NCBI GenBank assembly: GCA_963712745.1
Contig: CAVQJC010000015.1
Location: 96,001 to 160,000 of the forward strand
Length of the DNA: 64,000 nucleotides
DNA from: an uncultured Chloroflexia bacterium
GTDB lineage: Bacteria; Chloroflexota; Limnocylindria; Limnocylindrales; CSP1-4
Direction: 5' to 3'
Shown: positions 27,162 to 37,445 of the stretch, in pieces
Position numbering within the stretch: the first letter of the stretch is position 1
Layout of the letters: every line of letters starts with the position of its first letter
Notes under the pieces: generated by a model
What the model saw: the letters and a program-made list of their open reading frames with translations, nothing else
What the model was told of the DNA's origin: nothing
Database searches by the model: none
Program-made: the position numbers and the translations under genes

Positions 27162-28412
27162 ATGAACCGCACCGGCATCGTCGCCTCCGTCGCTTCCCTC
27201 GGGCTGGTGGCCGCGGTCGCGCTCCCTTCCCTCACCACCTCCCCCAGCCCGGTCCTGGCGCAGGAGTCCGAGTCCGCCGGCGAGTTCGTGCCGCAGCGCC
27301 CGGACCAGATCGAGGATCCCGGCACTCCCCGCTTCAACACGGGCGGCTGGTCCACGAACTTCGAGATCAGCGCAGTCCCGTTCGACGAGATCTTCTCTGG
27401 GGGCCCGCCCAAGGACGGCATCCCCGCCATCAACGACCCACGGTTCGAGTCCATCGAGGACGCCCGTGACTGGCTCAGCGGCGAGAGCCCGGTCATCTCG
27501 CTCGAGATCGATGGCGACGCACGTGCCTACCCGCTGGCCATCCTGACCTGGCACGAGATCGCCAACGACGTCGTCGGCGACACGCCGCTGCTGGTCACCT
27601 TCTGCCCGTTGTGTCACACGGCGCTGGCCTTCGAGCGCACGCTGGACGGCACGGTCCACGACTTCGGCGTCTCGGGCAACCTGCGGCTGTCGGACCTGGT
27701 CATGTATGACCGTCAGACCGAGACGTGGTGGCAGCAAGCCACGGGCAAGGGCATCGTCGGCGACCTCACCGGCGCCAGGCTCGAGTTCGTCCCCAGCCAG
27801 CTCATCGGCCTGGACCAGTTCGCCGAGGCCCATCCCGAGGGAGTGGTGCTCAGCCGGGACACCGGCTTCAGCCGTGACTACGGACGCAACCCCTACGTCG
27901 GCTACGACATCGCCGACCAGCAGCCGTTCCTCTTCGACGGCGTGACCGACGGCCGGCTCGCGCCCAAGGAGCGCGTGGTCACGCTGGGCGAGCAGGACAG
28001 TGAGTCGCCCATCTCCATCCCCTACAGCGAGCTGCGCCAGACCGGCTCGGTCAACCTCGAGTTCGAGGGTGCGCCGGTGGCCGCATTCTGGACACCCGGC
28101 GCCGTCTCCGCGCTCGATCAGGGCTACATCGACGATAGTGAGGACGTGGGCGGGACCGGCGTCTTCTCGGCCCTGGTGGACGGTGAGCGGCTGACCTTCG
28201 CCCGCGCCGGCGGCGAAGACGCACCCATCATCGACGAGCAGACCGGCAGCACCTGGGACATCACCGGGCGCGCGGTCGCGGGCCCCCTCGAGGGCGCGGT
28301 GCTCGAACCGGTCAGCCACGGCGACCACTTCTGGTTCGCCTGGGCCGCCTTCGTCCCCCACACCAGTATCTGGACCACCGACGGCGTCCTCAGCCTCGGC
28401 GGTGAGGAGTAG
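27162..28412 (+). CDS. DUF3179 domain secreted protein
   Basis: GGPPKDGIPAI, HEIAND, TFCPLC (Cys, no in-frame TGA), FGVSG.L, FWFAWAAF. Confidence 0.92.
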   Translation: MNRTGIVASVASLGLVAAVALPSLTTSPSPVLAQESESAGEFVPQRPDQIEDPGTPRFNTGGWSTNFEISAVPFDEIFSGGPPKDGIPAINDPRFESIEDARDWLSGESPVISLEIDGDARAYPLAILTWHEIANDVVGDTPLLVTFCPLCHTALAFERTLDGTVHDFGVSGNLRLSDLVMYDRQTETWWQQATGKGIVGDLTGARLEFVPSQLIGLDQFAEAHPEGVVLSRDTGFSRDYGRNPYVGYDIADQQPFLFDGVTDGRLAPKERVVTLGEQDSESPISIPYSELRQTGSVNLEFEGAPVAAFWTPGAVSALDQGYIDDSEDVGGTGVFSALVDGERLTFARAGGEDAPIIDEQTGSTWDITGRAVAGPLEGAVLEPVSHGDHFWFAWAAFVPHTSIWTTDGVLSLGGEE

Positions 28413-28416
28413 TGAT

Positions 28417-28913
28417 ATGACCGATACCACCATCCGTCCCTCTGCCCAGCCGAACGAATCGGTCTGGGACTACCCCCGGCCACCGTCGGTAGATCCTCCG
28501 ACCGACGCGTCAGGGTCATCGTCGACGGCACCGTGGTGGCCGATAGCCGACGGGCTGTGCGCGTGCTGGAGACCTCGCACCCTCCCAGCTGGTACATCCC
28601 GGCTGAGGACGTGCGCATGGACCTGCTGCGTCCGACCAGCAGGCAGACCGCCTGCGAGTTCAAGGGTGAGGCCAGCTACTTCACCATCAGCGCCGGCGGA
28701 CGCGAGCGCACAGACGCCGCGTGGACGTACCTGCGGCCGCTGTCCGGCTACGAGGGCATCACCGGTCACATCGCGTTCTACCCGGGTCGGGTCGATGAGG
28801 CCTGGGTCGATGACGAACGGGTCACACCCCAGGCCGGGGACTTCTACGGTGGCTGGATCACCTCCGAGATCGAGGGGCCTTTCAAGGGCGAGCCCGGCAC
28901 CCGCGGCTGGTAG
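28417..28913 (+). pseudogene. DUF427 protein with a 1-nt deletion near 28497
   Basis: ESVWDYPRPP in one frame continues as SDRRVRVIVDG..VAD...RVLETSHPP..CEFKG..GGWIT in another. Confidence 0.8.
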
Positions 28914-29042
28914 CGGTAGCGCTGCGGTGACCCGGCCCGGATCTGCGCGATCGACCCGACTGCGGTGGGCGATCGCACCAGACCCCACCGCACCGGTCGC
29001 GGGCTGGCCCCGCGGTAGGGGGTGCGGGCGTACCAAGGTGGG

Positions 29043-29232
29043 GTGGGCCGACCCAACGACGAGGTGCAGATTCGCTCCAGAACTTTCCATAGCGACGCCG
29101 TTCCACTGCACGGCCCTGATTGATGAGGAACCCCTCTCCCTCATGAATCGGGGGTGGGACAGGTGACGCGAAATCTTTGCCCGGTGGCAAGGTCGGCCCC
29201 CTCCTCCCGACCTCGCCGCCGGGCTTCTTCAT
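29043..29232 (+). ncRNA. Candidate sRNA with C-rich (anti-SD) loops, 6C/cuckoo-like
   Basis: Three hairpins; loops AACCCCTCTC and CCCCCTCCTC; G-U pairs favour the + strand; U-rich tail; the 5' end is estimated. Confidence 0.55.
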
Positions 29233-29245
29233 GTCCGCCGGGGTG

Positions 29246-29725
29246 CTACCAGACGCGCGGGAAGAACCGCCGGGTACGGCGCATGTAGGTTCCGTAGGCT
29301 GGGTAACGCTCGGCCAGCCAGATCTCCTCGCGGCGAGACTTCAGCTCGAAGAACAGCGCCAGCACTCCCGCCAGCAGCAGCGTCAGCGGACTGGCGGCGA
29401 CCAGGCCCCAGCCGAACGCGGTGGCCATGAGGCCACCGTAGATGGGGTGCCGGACGAGGCCGAAGACGCCGGACTCGACCAGCTCGGCGTCATCGCGAGG
29501 CCGCGGCACGGGAGTGAGGCTACGACCAAGGTCCACGATCCCCCGACCGAGCAGGGCCGCGCCGGCGACCATCAGGACCAGGCCGGCGAGCGAGGTGATC
29601 GACGCAGCCCGACCGTCCCAGGCATCACCGGCCAGGACGCCCGCCAGTGCCACCAGCGGCAGGAGCGTGAACTGCAGCACGACCCAGCCCTCTCCACGAG
29701 GTCCGAGGCTTGGTAGACCGGTCAC
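29246..29725 (-). CDS. Isoprenylcysteine carboxylmethyltransferase (PEMT/ICMT) family protein
   Basis: LVESGVFGLVRHPIYGG, KSRREE..L...YP.Y..Y..RTRRFFP. Confidence 0.9.
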   Translation of the reverse strand: MTGLPSLGPRGEGWVVLQFTLLPLVALAGVLAGDAWDGRAASITSLAGLVLMVAGAALLGRGIVDLGRSLTPVPRPRDDAELVESGVFGLVRHPIYGGLMATAFGWGLVAASPLTLLLAGVLALFFELKSRREEIWLAERYPAYGTYMRRTRRFFPRVW

Positions 29726-29753
29726 GGGCGAGCGAGGGGCAGCTGCTGGAGGA

Positions 29754-30536
29754 TCAGTCGACCACCTCGGGCACGCCGATGATGTTGTAGCCGCCGTCCA
29801 CGTAGTGGATCTCGCCGGTGGTGCCGCGGCTCATGTCACTGCAGAGGTAGACCGCCGAGTTGCCCAGGTCGTCGATCGAGAGCGGCCGGCGCAGGGGTGA
29901 GATCTCCTCGAAGAGGCGGTACATCTTCTTGAAGCCGGACACGCCAGAGGCTGCCAGCGTGCGCACCGGCCCCGCGCTGATGGCGTTGACGCGGATGCCC
30001 TCCTTGCCCAGGTCGACCGCCAGGTAGCGCACGCAGGCCTCCAGCGAAGCCTTGGCCACGCCCATGACGTTGTAGTTGACGACCGCCTTCTCAGCGCCGT
30101 AGTAGCTAAGCGTGAGGATGGCCCCGCCGTCGCTCATGAGCGGACGAGCCTCGCGAGCAAGGGCCACCAGCGAGTAGGCCGAGACGTCGTGGGCCAGCGC
30201 GAAGCCCTCGCGCGATGTCCGGATGAACTCGCCTCCGAGCTCGTCCTTGTTGGCGAAGGCGACGGCGTGGACGAGGATGTCCAGCTTCCCGAACTCGTCC
30301 TTCCAGCGGGCGAACACGCGCTCGATGTCCTCATCCTTCTGGACGTCACAGGGCTCGACGAACGTCGCACCGAGCTGTGCGGCAAGGGGCTTGACGCGCT
30401 TCTCGAGGAGCATCTCGACCGAGGAGAAGCCGACCTCGGCTCCTTCGCGGTGGAGTGCCTTGGCGATCCCCCAGGCGATCGAGTGGTCATTGGCCAGCCC
30501 GAAGATCAGGGCGCGCTTGCCCTCCAGCAGACCCAT
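29754..30536 (-). CDS. fabI: Enoyl-ACP reductase
   Basis: [40 protein letters not shown]. Confidence 0.95.
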   Translation of the reverse strand: MGLLEGKRALIFGLANDHSIAWGIAKALHREGAEVGFSSVEMLLEKRVKPLAAQLGATFVEPCDVQKDEDIERVFARWKDEFGKLDILVHAVAFANKDELGGEFIRTSREGFALAHDVSAYSLVALAREARPLMSDGGAILTLSYYGAEKAVVNYNVMGVAKASLEACVRYLAVDLGKEGIRVNAISAGPVRTLAASGVSGFKKMYRLFEEISPLRRPLSIDDLGNSAVYLCSDMSRGTTGEIHYVDGGYNIIGVPEVVD

Positions 30537-30929
30537 GTGCGATGCATACCTCCCTGTGGCCGGCCTGTGACGGCGATGACCGACATGCAGTGGCGTCCCT
30601 AAGGATGCACCGGATGAGCGACACGCGCGACCTCCTGGCCCACCTGCCACCGAAAAGCCCTCACGCCGCCGGTCGAGGACCCGTCCGGGTCACTACCCCC
30701 CGACGAACGGGTGGTTCAGACGCCACCGGCCGGGACCGCACCATGCCTCTACGTTCGAGGGGTCACTGACCGGCGATGCTCGGAAGCCGCGATGGGGCCT
30801 CTCGTTCGTTCCTACGTTGGCTCGGTCGTCCTCGAGCGGGTGGCTGGTGACCCCGGTCAACCCCATCTGCTGGCGAAACCGTGGAGGTCCGATACCCTTA
30901 GGCCTGTGAGTCGTCTACCGGGGGGTTCC

Positions 30930-33257
30930 GTGTCGTCGATCCGGACGGCGGGTCGCCCTGTCGTCGCGCTCTTGAGCGTGGCGCTGCTGGGGGCGCTCCT
31001 GCCCGGGACCGTCATCGGCGCTGCCTCCGAGGCCCCGGCTGAGCCGAAGGGCCAGTCCTACATCGTGACCCTCTCGGTGGCCGATGCCGGCCGGGCTATC
31101 TCGCCCGCCAGCAAGAAGGGCCGCGACCGGCTCAAGCTGCGCGCCTCACGTACCAGGCAGAACACCAGGCGCCTGGAGGCAGAAGCCGGCTTCAAGGCCA
31201 AGCAGCGCTATGAGCACGCGGTCAGCGGGTTCGCCGCCACGCTGACGCCGGCCCAGGTCAAGAAGCTCAAGCGGGACGGCAAGGTCGCCCGCATCGACAA
31301 GGTACGCCGTGTCCGCCCCGCCGCCCAGGTCGTACCCAGCGGCATCAAGCGCGTGAAGGGGTCCGGCGAGAGCCCGGGGCCGGACATCGATGTCGACGTG
31401 GCCGTGCTCGACACCGGCATCGGACCCATCGGCAACGACGAGCTCAACATCGCCGGCGGGTTCAACTGCTCCGGCAGCGGAGGGCCCGATGATTGGGGCG
31501 ACACGCTCGGTCACGGCACCCACGTGAGCGGCATCATCGGTGCCCGTGACAACGGCCTAGGCGTGGTGGGCGTGGCACCGGGTGCCCGCCTGTGGTCCGT
31601 ACGCGTGTTCGAAGGCGCCTACGGCAGCACGGCCACCATCATGTGCGGGATCGACTGGGCCGTCGGCACGCTGAGCGACCCCGATCAACCCGATATCGAA
31701 CTCATCAACATGAGCCTCGAGGGCGGCCGCGACTCCTTCGAGGAATCCTGTACGCCGAGCAACCCCGACGCGCTCCACCTCGCGGTCTGTGCGGCCTACG
31801 ACGCCGGGATCACGATGGTCGCGGCGGCCGGCAACTACTCAGCCGACGCCCAGTACACGTTCCCCGCCGGCTACAACCAGGTCATCACCGTGGGTGCCAT
31901 CTCCGACTTTGACGGCAGGAGTGGGGGGCTGGCCGCGCCCGACTGCGGCGGCTACAGCAGCGAGGTCGACGACACCTACGCCGGCTACAGCAACTACGGT
32001 TCGGACATCGACGTCCTCGCACCGGGCACATGCGTGCGCTCGCTCGACTACGACAACCCCTCGGGCAACGGCACCATGGTCATGACCGGCACTTCCATGG
32101 CTGCCCCACACGTGACCGGTGCCCTGGCGCGCTACCTCGACGGCCACGCCGATCCGGGCCCCGACCAGCTGCGCAAGATGGTGAGGGCGGCCGGCAGGCT
32201 CGACTGGGATGCGGACTCGGACCCGTCGTGGTCCGGCAACGACCTGAGCAAGGCGCCCGAGCGCCTGCTTGACGCGGCCATGCTGGCCGGCCCCCAGAAG
32301 CTCAGGACCTGGGTCTACCACACGGCGCTCAAGGCCCCCTTGACCATCACCAAGCGCTCGACCCGCGTCGATGTGCAGCGCGGGGGTGGCTACGCCGGGG
32401 ATGTCGCGCTCAACCTCAACGGTCTGCCCGCGGCCGTGGGCGATGCCCAGTACGGGGACGACGTGCTCGAGGGCCTGGGCGAGCTGGGCACGAAGCTCGA
32501 CCTGACGCTCAAGTTGAACGGTCCCGACGGGGTCTACGACCTCGGCGTGAAGGCCAACGGGTCGGGAGTCGATGCCTCCAGCACGATGCTGTCGTTGAAG
32601 GTGGACCGCACCGGGCCCAAGGTCAGGGGCCTGACCCCCAGGATCGTCGGTAGCCGCACCGCTATCGGCACCAAGCGTGCCACCAAGACGCAGCTGCGCT
32701 GGACGGTGACGGACAAGCTCAGCAACGTGGCCTGGGCGAGGTTGCAGCAGAAGGGCCCGAGCGGGGATTGGGTCAATCCCAGCCCGGCGGGCAACCGCAG
32801 CGCGATCGTCACCATCAAGCCCGGCAAGAAGTACGACTTCCGCGTCAAGGCCAAGGACACGCTCGGCAACGCCTCCCGCAGTGGCGTCCTGAGCGCCCGG
32901 CTCGTGGTCTACGACTCCAAGAACGGCGCATGGCGCGTGCCCTCGTCGCGCTGGACGACCAAGCCGCGATCGACCGCTCTGGGCGGCTCGATCCTGAAGG
33001 CCAGGGGCAAGACTGCCAGCACCCGCATCGTCGTCTCCGGCAAGGCCGTGGCGCTGGTCTCACCCATCGGCCCATCACGCGGCAAGCTGCGCGTGCGCAT
33101 CGACGGCGGTTCCTGGGAGAACATCGACCTCGGCGCATCGAGCGATGCCGACCGGCGCGTGGTCTGGAGCCACAAGCTCTCGCCGGGCAAGCGCACCATC
33201 GAGGTCCAGGGCGTGAGCGGCAAGTCCGCGGTCGATGCGCTCTTCGTCATCCAGTAG
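30930..33257 (+). CDS. Secreted S8 subtilisin-like peptidase with I9 propeptide and Fn3/beta-rich C-terminus
   Basis: Catalytic triad VLDTG, GHGTHVSG, TGTSMAAPHV; oxyanion-hole AAAGN; start estimated. Confidence 0.92.
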   Translation: MSSIRTAGRPVVALLSVALLGALLPGTVIGAASEAPAEPKGQSYIVTLSVADAGRAISPASKKGRDRLKLRASRTRQNTRRLEAEAGFKAKQRYEHAVSGFAATLTPAQVKKLKRDGKVARIDKVRRVRPAAQVVPSGIKRVKGSGESPGPDIDVDVAVLDTGIGPIGNDELNIAGGFNCSGSGGPDDWGDTLGHGTHVSGIIGARDNGLGVVGVAPGARLWSVRVFEGAYGSTATIMCGIDWAVGTLSDPDQPDIELINMSLEGGRDSFEESCTPSNPDALHLAVCAAYDAGITMVAAAGNYSADAQYTFPAGYNQVITVGAISDFDGRSGGLAAPDCGGYSSEVDDTYAGYSNYGSDIDVLAPGTCVRSLDYDNPSGNGTMVMTGTSMAAPHVTGALARYLDGHADPGPDQLRKMVRAAGRLDWDADSDPSWSGNDLSKAPERLLDAAMLAGPQKLRTWVYHTALKAPLTITKRSTRVDVQRGGGYAGDVALNLNGLPAAVGDAQYGDDVLEGLGELGTKLDLTLKLNGPDGVYDLGVKANGSGVDASSTMLSLKVDRTGPKVRGLTPRIVGSRTAIGTKRATKTQLRWTVTDKLSNVAWARLQQKGPSGDWVNPSPAGNRSAIVTIKPGKKYDFRVKAKDTLGNASRSGVLSARLVVYDSKNGAWRVPSSRWTTKPRSTALGGSILKARGKTASTRIVVSGKAVALVSPIGPSRGKLRVRIDGGSWENIDLGASSDADRRVVWSHKLSPGKRTIEVQGVSGKSAVDALFVIQ

Positions 33258-33284
33258 CACGCGCTCGCTCGAGCGGCTCCGGTC

Positions 33285-34739
33285 CTAGCGTTCGACGACC
33301 CGCCGGTAGGCTGCCTCATACTCACGAGCCGGCAAACGCCACGAGTGGTCACGTGCCATGCCCTGTATCTGGATGTGTCGGAACCTCGGCCCGTCCTCCA
33401 TGGCCGCGAAGGCGCGACGGACTGCCTCGAGCAGCGATATCGCATCGGCCGGCCCGAAGACGAAACCGGTGCCGCGATCGGGGTCCTCGTCGGCATCGAC
33501 GACGGTGTCGGCCAGGCCACCGGCGGCCCGCACCACTGGCGGTGTGGCGTAGCGCATGGCGATGATCTGGCCCTGCCCGCAGGGCTCGAAGCGCGAGGGC
33601 ATCAGGAACAGGTCGGAACCGGCATAGATGCGCCGGGCCTCATCCCGGTCGAAGCGCTCGAGCACGGCGATACGACCGGGATGCCGGGCAGCCGCCTCCA
33701 CGAGCCCGGCCACCAGCTGTGCGTTGCCGGTGCCGAGGACGATAAGCCGGGCACCCATGGCCACCAGCTCCGGGGCCGCGGCGGTCACCAGGTCGAAGCC
33801 CTTCTGCGGATCCAGGCGGCCGATGACGCCGAGCAGTGGACCGTCCGGATCGAGTCCGTTGCGGGCCATCAAGTCGGCCCGGGTCAGAGCCTTGGGAGCC
33901 AGGTCCGAGGCGTCGTACGGCGCCACCAGCGTCGGATCGCTGGCCGGATCCCAGAGGCCGGTGTCGATGCCGTTGATGATGCCGATGTAGCGGTCGCCGC
34001 GGTCGCGCAGGGCATCATCGAGGCCAGCGCCGAACTCCGGCGTGAGCGACTCGCGCGCGTAGTTGGGGCTGACGGTATTGACGATGTCCGCCGCACCGAT
34101 GGCCTCGCGCAGCAGATCGACACCATCCGGCTTGCCCACGCTCGCGGGCAGATCGAGCTGCCAAGCCAGCTCCCGCGGGGTCCAGCCGTGGTACGCGAGG
34201 TTGTGACAGGTCAGCATGGTGGCGGCCGCGGACAGCAGAGGATCGCCGCCGTAGCGGTGGCGCAGTGAGAGCAGGGCCGGGGCCGCTTGCCAGTCGTGGC
34301 CATGGATGACATCGACCGGCCGGGCCTCAGCCCGGATGGCCTCCAGGGCAGCCCGCCCCAGCAGGCTGAAACGGGCCGGATTGTCGGCGTAGTCGGCACT
34401 GCCGTCCATGTAGTAGCTCTCGCGATCGAAGGACGCGGGGTGTTGCACCAGCCTCAGCCGGTATCCATCCGCCTGTCCGCTCCACAGCTTCACCGTCTCG
34501 TGCCGCGCCTCCCCGTCCGGGCTGCCCACCGGCACCCGTACCTCGAGCGGCACGAGGTCGGCCGGTGGGGTCAGGCCGTGGTACCAGGGCAGGTAGACAT
34601 CGACCTCGTGGCCAAGACCGGCCGGCCCGGGCAGGCCCAGCGCTCGGGACAGCGCGTCGACCACGTCGGCCAGTCCGCCGGTCTTGGCCCAGGGCTCGCA
34701 CTCGGAAGCGACCATCGCGATGCGCATCGTGGAGGGCAT
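33285..34739 (-). CDS. glgA: Glycogen synthase
   Basis: AKTGGLADV, HDWQA, GIINGID, QKGFDL, PSRFEPCG. Confidence 0.95.
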   Translation of the reverse strand: MPSTMRIAMVASECEPWAKTGGLADVVDALSRALGLPGPAGLGHEVDVYLPWYHGLTPPADLVPLEVRVPVGSPDGEARHETVKLWSGQADGYRLRLVQHPASFDRESYYMDGSADYADNPARFSLLGRAALEAIRAEARPVDVIHGHDWQAAPALLSLRHRYGGDPLLSAAATMLTCHNLAYHGWTPRELAWQLDLPASVGKPDGVDLLREAIGAADIVNTVSPNYARESLTPEFGAGLDDALRDRGDRYIGIINGIDTGLWDPASDPTLVAPYDASDLAPKALTRADLMARNGLDPDGPLLGVIGRLDPQKGFDLVTAAAPELVAMGARLIVLGTGNAQLVAGLVEAAARHPGRIAVLERFDRDEARRIYAGSDLFLMPSRFEPCGQGQIIAMRYATPPVVRAAGGLADTVVDADEDPDRGTGFVFGPADAISLLEAVRRAFAAMEDGPRFRHIQIQGMARDHSWRLPAREYEAAYRRVVER

Positions 34740-34832
34740 GGTACGCGTTCAGGCGGCACTCCCTCCCGCCCTTGTGGTCGGGTCACGGTCCCGGCGCGCG
34801 GTCGCGCCAGCCGCTGTAGGCTATCGGCCGTC

Positions 34833-37157
34833 ATGCCCATGCCTACCTCCGTCCCCACCTTGCCTGTCCCCGACCATCGTCTGCCCCCGGCACTCGAGGG
34901 TCTCACCCGACTCGCCTACAACATGTACTGGTCCTGGCACCCGGAGGTGCGCTCGCTCTTCGCGCGCGTCGACCGTCGGGTATGGCACCACTTCCGCAGT
35001 CCAGTGGCTGTGCTGCGGGTCCAGCGCGATTGGACCTCGTTGATCGAGGACCCTGACTTCATGGTCCAGTACCAGACGGTGGTGCGCGACTTCGACACCT
35101 ACATGGCCAACGGGCGCGACCATTGGTTCGCGCGCCATCACGGCGACGAGCTCGATGGTCCAGTGGCCTACTTCTGCGCGGAGTATGGCCTGCAGGAGTC
35201 GCTGCCGATCTACTCGGGCGGCCTGGGCGTGCTCGCGGGCGATCACTGCAAGACCGCCTCCGACATGGCCCTGCCCTTCGTGGCGGTCGGCCTCTTCTAC
35301 CGGCGCGGCTACTTCCGCCAGTCCATCGACGCTGACGGCCACCAGGAGCACGGGTACTTCAACCTTGACCCGGCCCGGCTGCCGCTGCTACGAGTCGTGG
35401 ACCCGCTGGGTGAGCCGGCCATGGTCAGCGTGGAGCTGCCCGGCCGCACGGTGTACGCCGCCGTCTGGCTGGTTCAAGTCGGGCGCGTGCCGCTGCTGCT
35501 GCTCGACACCGACGTGCCCGAGAACGCCGAGAGTGACCGGCCCATCAGCCACATCCTCTACGTGCGCGGTCGCGAGATGCGCCTTCACCAGGAACTCATC
35601 CTGGGCGTCGGCGGCGTACGCGCGCTGCGCAAGCTGGGCATCTCCCCCGCGGTCTGGCATCTCAACGAGGGCCACTCCGCCTTCATGCTCGCCGAACAGG
35701 CCCGGGAGCGGGTGGCCAAGGGCGCCACGCTCGAGGAGGCCTTCGCGACCGTGCGCAAGACGGCCGTCTTCACCATCCACACGCCGGTGCCGGCGGGAAA
35801 CGAGCGCTTCAGCGCCAAGCTGGTGCGACGGCTGACCGCGCCGGAGGCGAAAGCCGCAGGCCTCGATATCGACCGCATCCTGGAGATGGGCCTGGGCGTG
35901 GACGGCGACGTCGGCCAGTTCGATATGACCGCGTTCGCGCTGCGCAACACCATCAACGCCAATGGCGTGAGCCATCTTCACGGCCGCGTGGCCAACGAGA
36001 CCTGGACGCCTATCACCGACCACCCCATCCTCGGCATCACCAATGGCGTCCATCCACCCACCTGGGTCGGGCGGCCGATGCGCAGGGTCCTCGAGGAGCT
36101 CGGAGGCAACCTCGACCACCAGGAGACCGAACGTGAGCAGGACCGCTTCTGGGAGCGCATGAACCTGGTCAGGGACGAGGAGCTCTGGCGTGCCCATCTG
36201 CAGCAGAAAGCGGCCCTGCAGGAGTACGCCCGCATCAGGCTGCGGCGGCAGCTCGCCCGACACGGCGAGGCGCCCGACACGCTCGCGGAGCTGAGTGACA
36301 TCCTTGACCCGCAGGTGCTGACCATCGGCTTCGCCCGGCGCATGGCTACCTACAAGCGCGCGTCCCTGCTGTTCAGCGACGTCGAGCGCATCACGCGCAT
36401 CATCACCGACGCTGAGCGGCCGGTGCAGCTGGTGTTCGCTGGCAAGGCCCATCCGGCCGACCGGCCCGGTCAGGGCGTCATCCAGACGATCTTCGAGCAC
36501 AGCCGCTCGGCAGCCCTGCGCGGCCGGATATTCATCCTCGAGGACTACGACATGCGCGTCGGCCGGCACCTCGTCCAGGGCGTGGACGTGTGGCTGAACA
36601 ACCCGCGCCGGCCGCTGGAGGCCTCGGGCACGAGCGGCCAGAAAGCGGCCATGAACGGCGTCATCAACCTGTCCATCCTCGACGGCTGGTGGGACGAGGG
36701 CTTCCACGGCGACAACGGTTGGGCCATCGGCGGCCGGGATTCCAACCCCGACGAGGGGGCCCAGGACTGGGCCGACGCCCAGGACCTCTACCGGCTGCTG
36801 GAAGAGGAGATCGTGCCGCTGTGGTACGACCGTGACGAGGACGGTGTGCCGCAGGGCTGGCTCGACCGCATGCGGCGCGCGGCGGGGACATCGCTGTGGG
36901 ACTTCTCCACCACGCGCATGCTGGCCGAGTACGTCGAGCGCATGTACCTTCCGGCAGCCTCGGGCAGCTCGGGCACGACCGGCAGCTCGGGCACGACCGG
37001 CAGCTCGGGCACGACCGGCAGCTCGGGCACGACCGGCAGCTCGGGCACGACCGGTAGCTCGGGCACGACGCCGCCTGGTCAGCCGGGCACGACCGGCAGC
37101 TCGGGCACGACCGGCAGCTCGGGCACGACCGGCAGCTCGGGCACGACCGGCAGCTGA
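34833..37157 (+). CDS. glgP: Alpha-glucan (glycogen) phosphorylase with a repeat-derived C-terminal tail
   Basis: YSGGLGVLAGDH, HLNEGH, FARRMATYKR, EASGTSGQK (PLP Lys). Confidence 0.95.
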   Translation: MPMPTSVPTLPVPDHRLPPALEGLTRLAYNMYWSWHPEVRSLFARVDRRVWHHFRSPVAVLRVQRDWTSLIEDPDFMVQYQTVVRDFDTYMANGRDHWFARHHGDELDGPVAYFCAEYGLQESLPIYSGGLGVLAGDHCKTASDMALPFVAVGLFYRRGYFRQSIDADGHQEHGYFNLDPARLPLLRVVDPLGEPAMVSVELPGRTVYAAVWLVQVGRVPLLLLDTDVPENAESDRPISHILYVRGREMRLHQELILGVGGVRALRKLGISPAVWHLNEGHSAFMLAEQARERVAKGATLEEAFATVRKTAVFTIHTPVPAGNERFSAKLVRRLTAPEAKAAGLDIDRILEMGLGVDGDVGQFDMTAFALRNTINANGVSHLHGRVANETWTPITDHPILGITNGVHPPTWVGRPMRRVLEELGGNLDHQETEREQDRFWERMNLVRDEELWRAHLQQKAALQEYARIRLRRQLARHGEAPDTLAELSDILDPQVLTIGFARRMATYKRASLLFSDVERITRIITDAERPVQLVFAGKAHPADRPGQGVIQTIFEHSRSAALRGRIFILEDYDMRVGRHLVQGVDVWLNNPRRPLEASGTSGQKAAMNGVINLSILDGWWDEGFHGDNGWAIGGRDSNPDEGAQDWADAQDLYRLLEEEIVPLWYDRDEDGVPQGWLDRMRRAAGTSLWDFSTTRMLAEYVERMYLPAASGSSGTTGSSGTTGSSGTTGSSGTTGSSGTTGSSGTTPPGQPGTTGSSGTTGSSGTTGSSGTTGS
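36963..37157. repeat. 18-bp tandem repeat at the glgP 3' end
   Basis: GGCAGCTCGGGCACGACC x6, a 24-bp interruption, x3, then a partial copy ending in TGA; encodes GSSGTT repeats. Confidence 0.95.
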
Positions 37158-37198
37158 GGGGCGACGCCGCCTGGTCAGCCGGGCAGCTCCTCGCCAGT

Positions 37199-37386
37199 TC
37201 TTCGCGATCATTGCACGCGAAGTGCTCCGAAGGCCGACTCGAGCGCCGTGCGGCTCTGTCCCAGTGCCGGGCGCGGCATGGATGACGGTCTGCACCGGTC
37301 GGGCTATGCCCAGCCGAGCGTGGGATCCGCCGGGAATCAGTCCGGCATTCGCCACCGTGGCCGGGTCCGTTCAGCGATCGCGAAGA
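37199..37386. repeat. About 190-bp element bounded by inverted repeats
   Basis: TCTTCGCGATC (37199-37209) and GATCGCGAAGA (37376-37386), with imperfect inward extension. Confidence 0.5.
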
Positions 37387-37445
37387 GTCGTCCTGCAATG
37401 GTCGTCCGGCGACGGATCGGTGGATCGGTGGATCGGTGACACACG

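Noticed and set aside
27162-28412. Selenoprotein form of DUF3179
   Set aside because: The CxxC motif is encoded by TGC/TGT, with no in-frame TGA
28882-29232. 116-aa - strand ORF over the candidate sRNA, including a GGAGGAGG site
   Set aside because: Composition is not protein-like; G-U pairing and the U-rich tail favour a + strand RNA
35388-37355. 655-aa - strand ORF with AAGRAR repeats
   Set aside because: Antisense shadow of glgP and its tandem repeat
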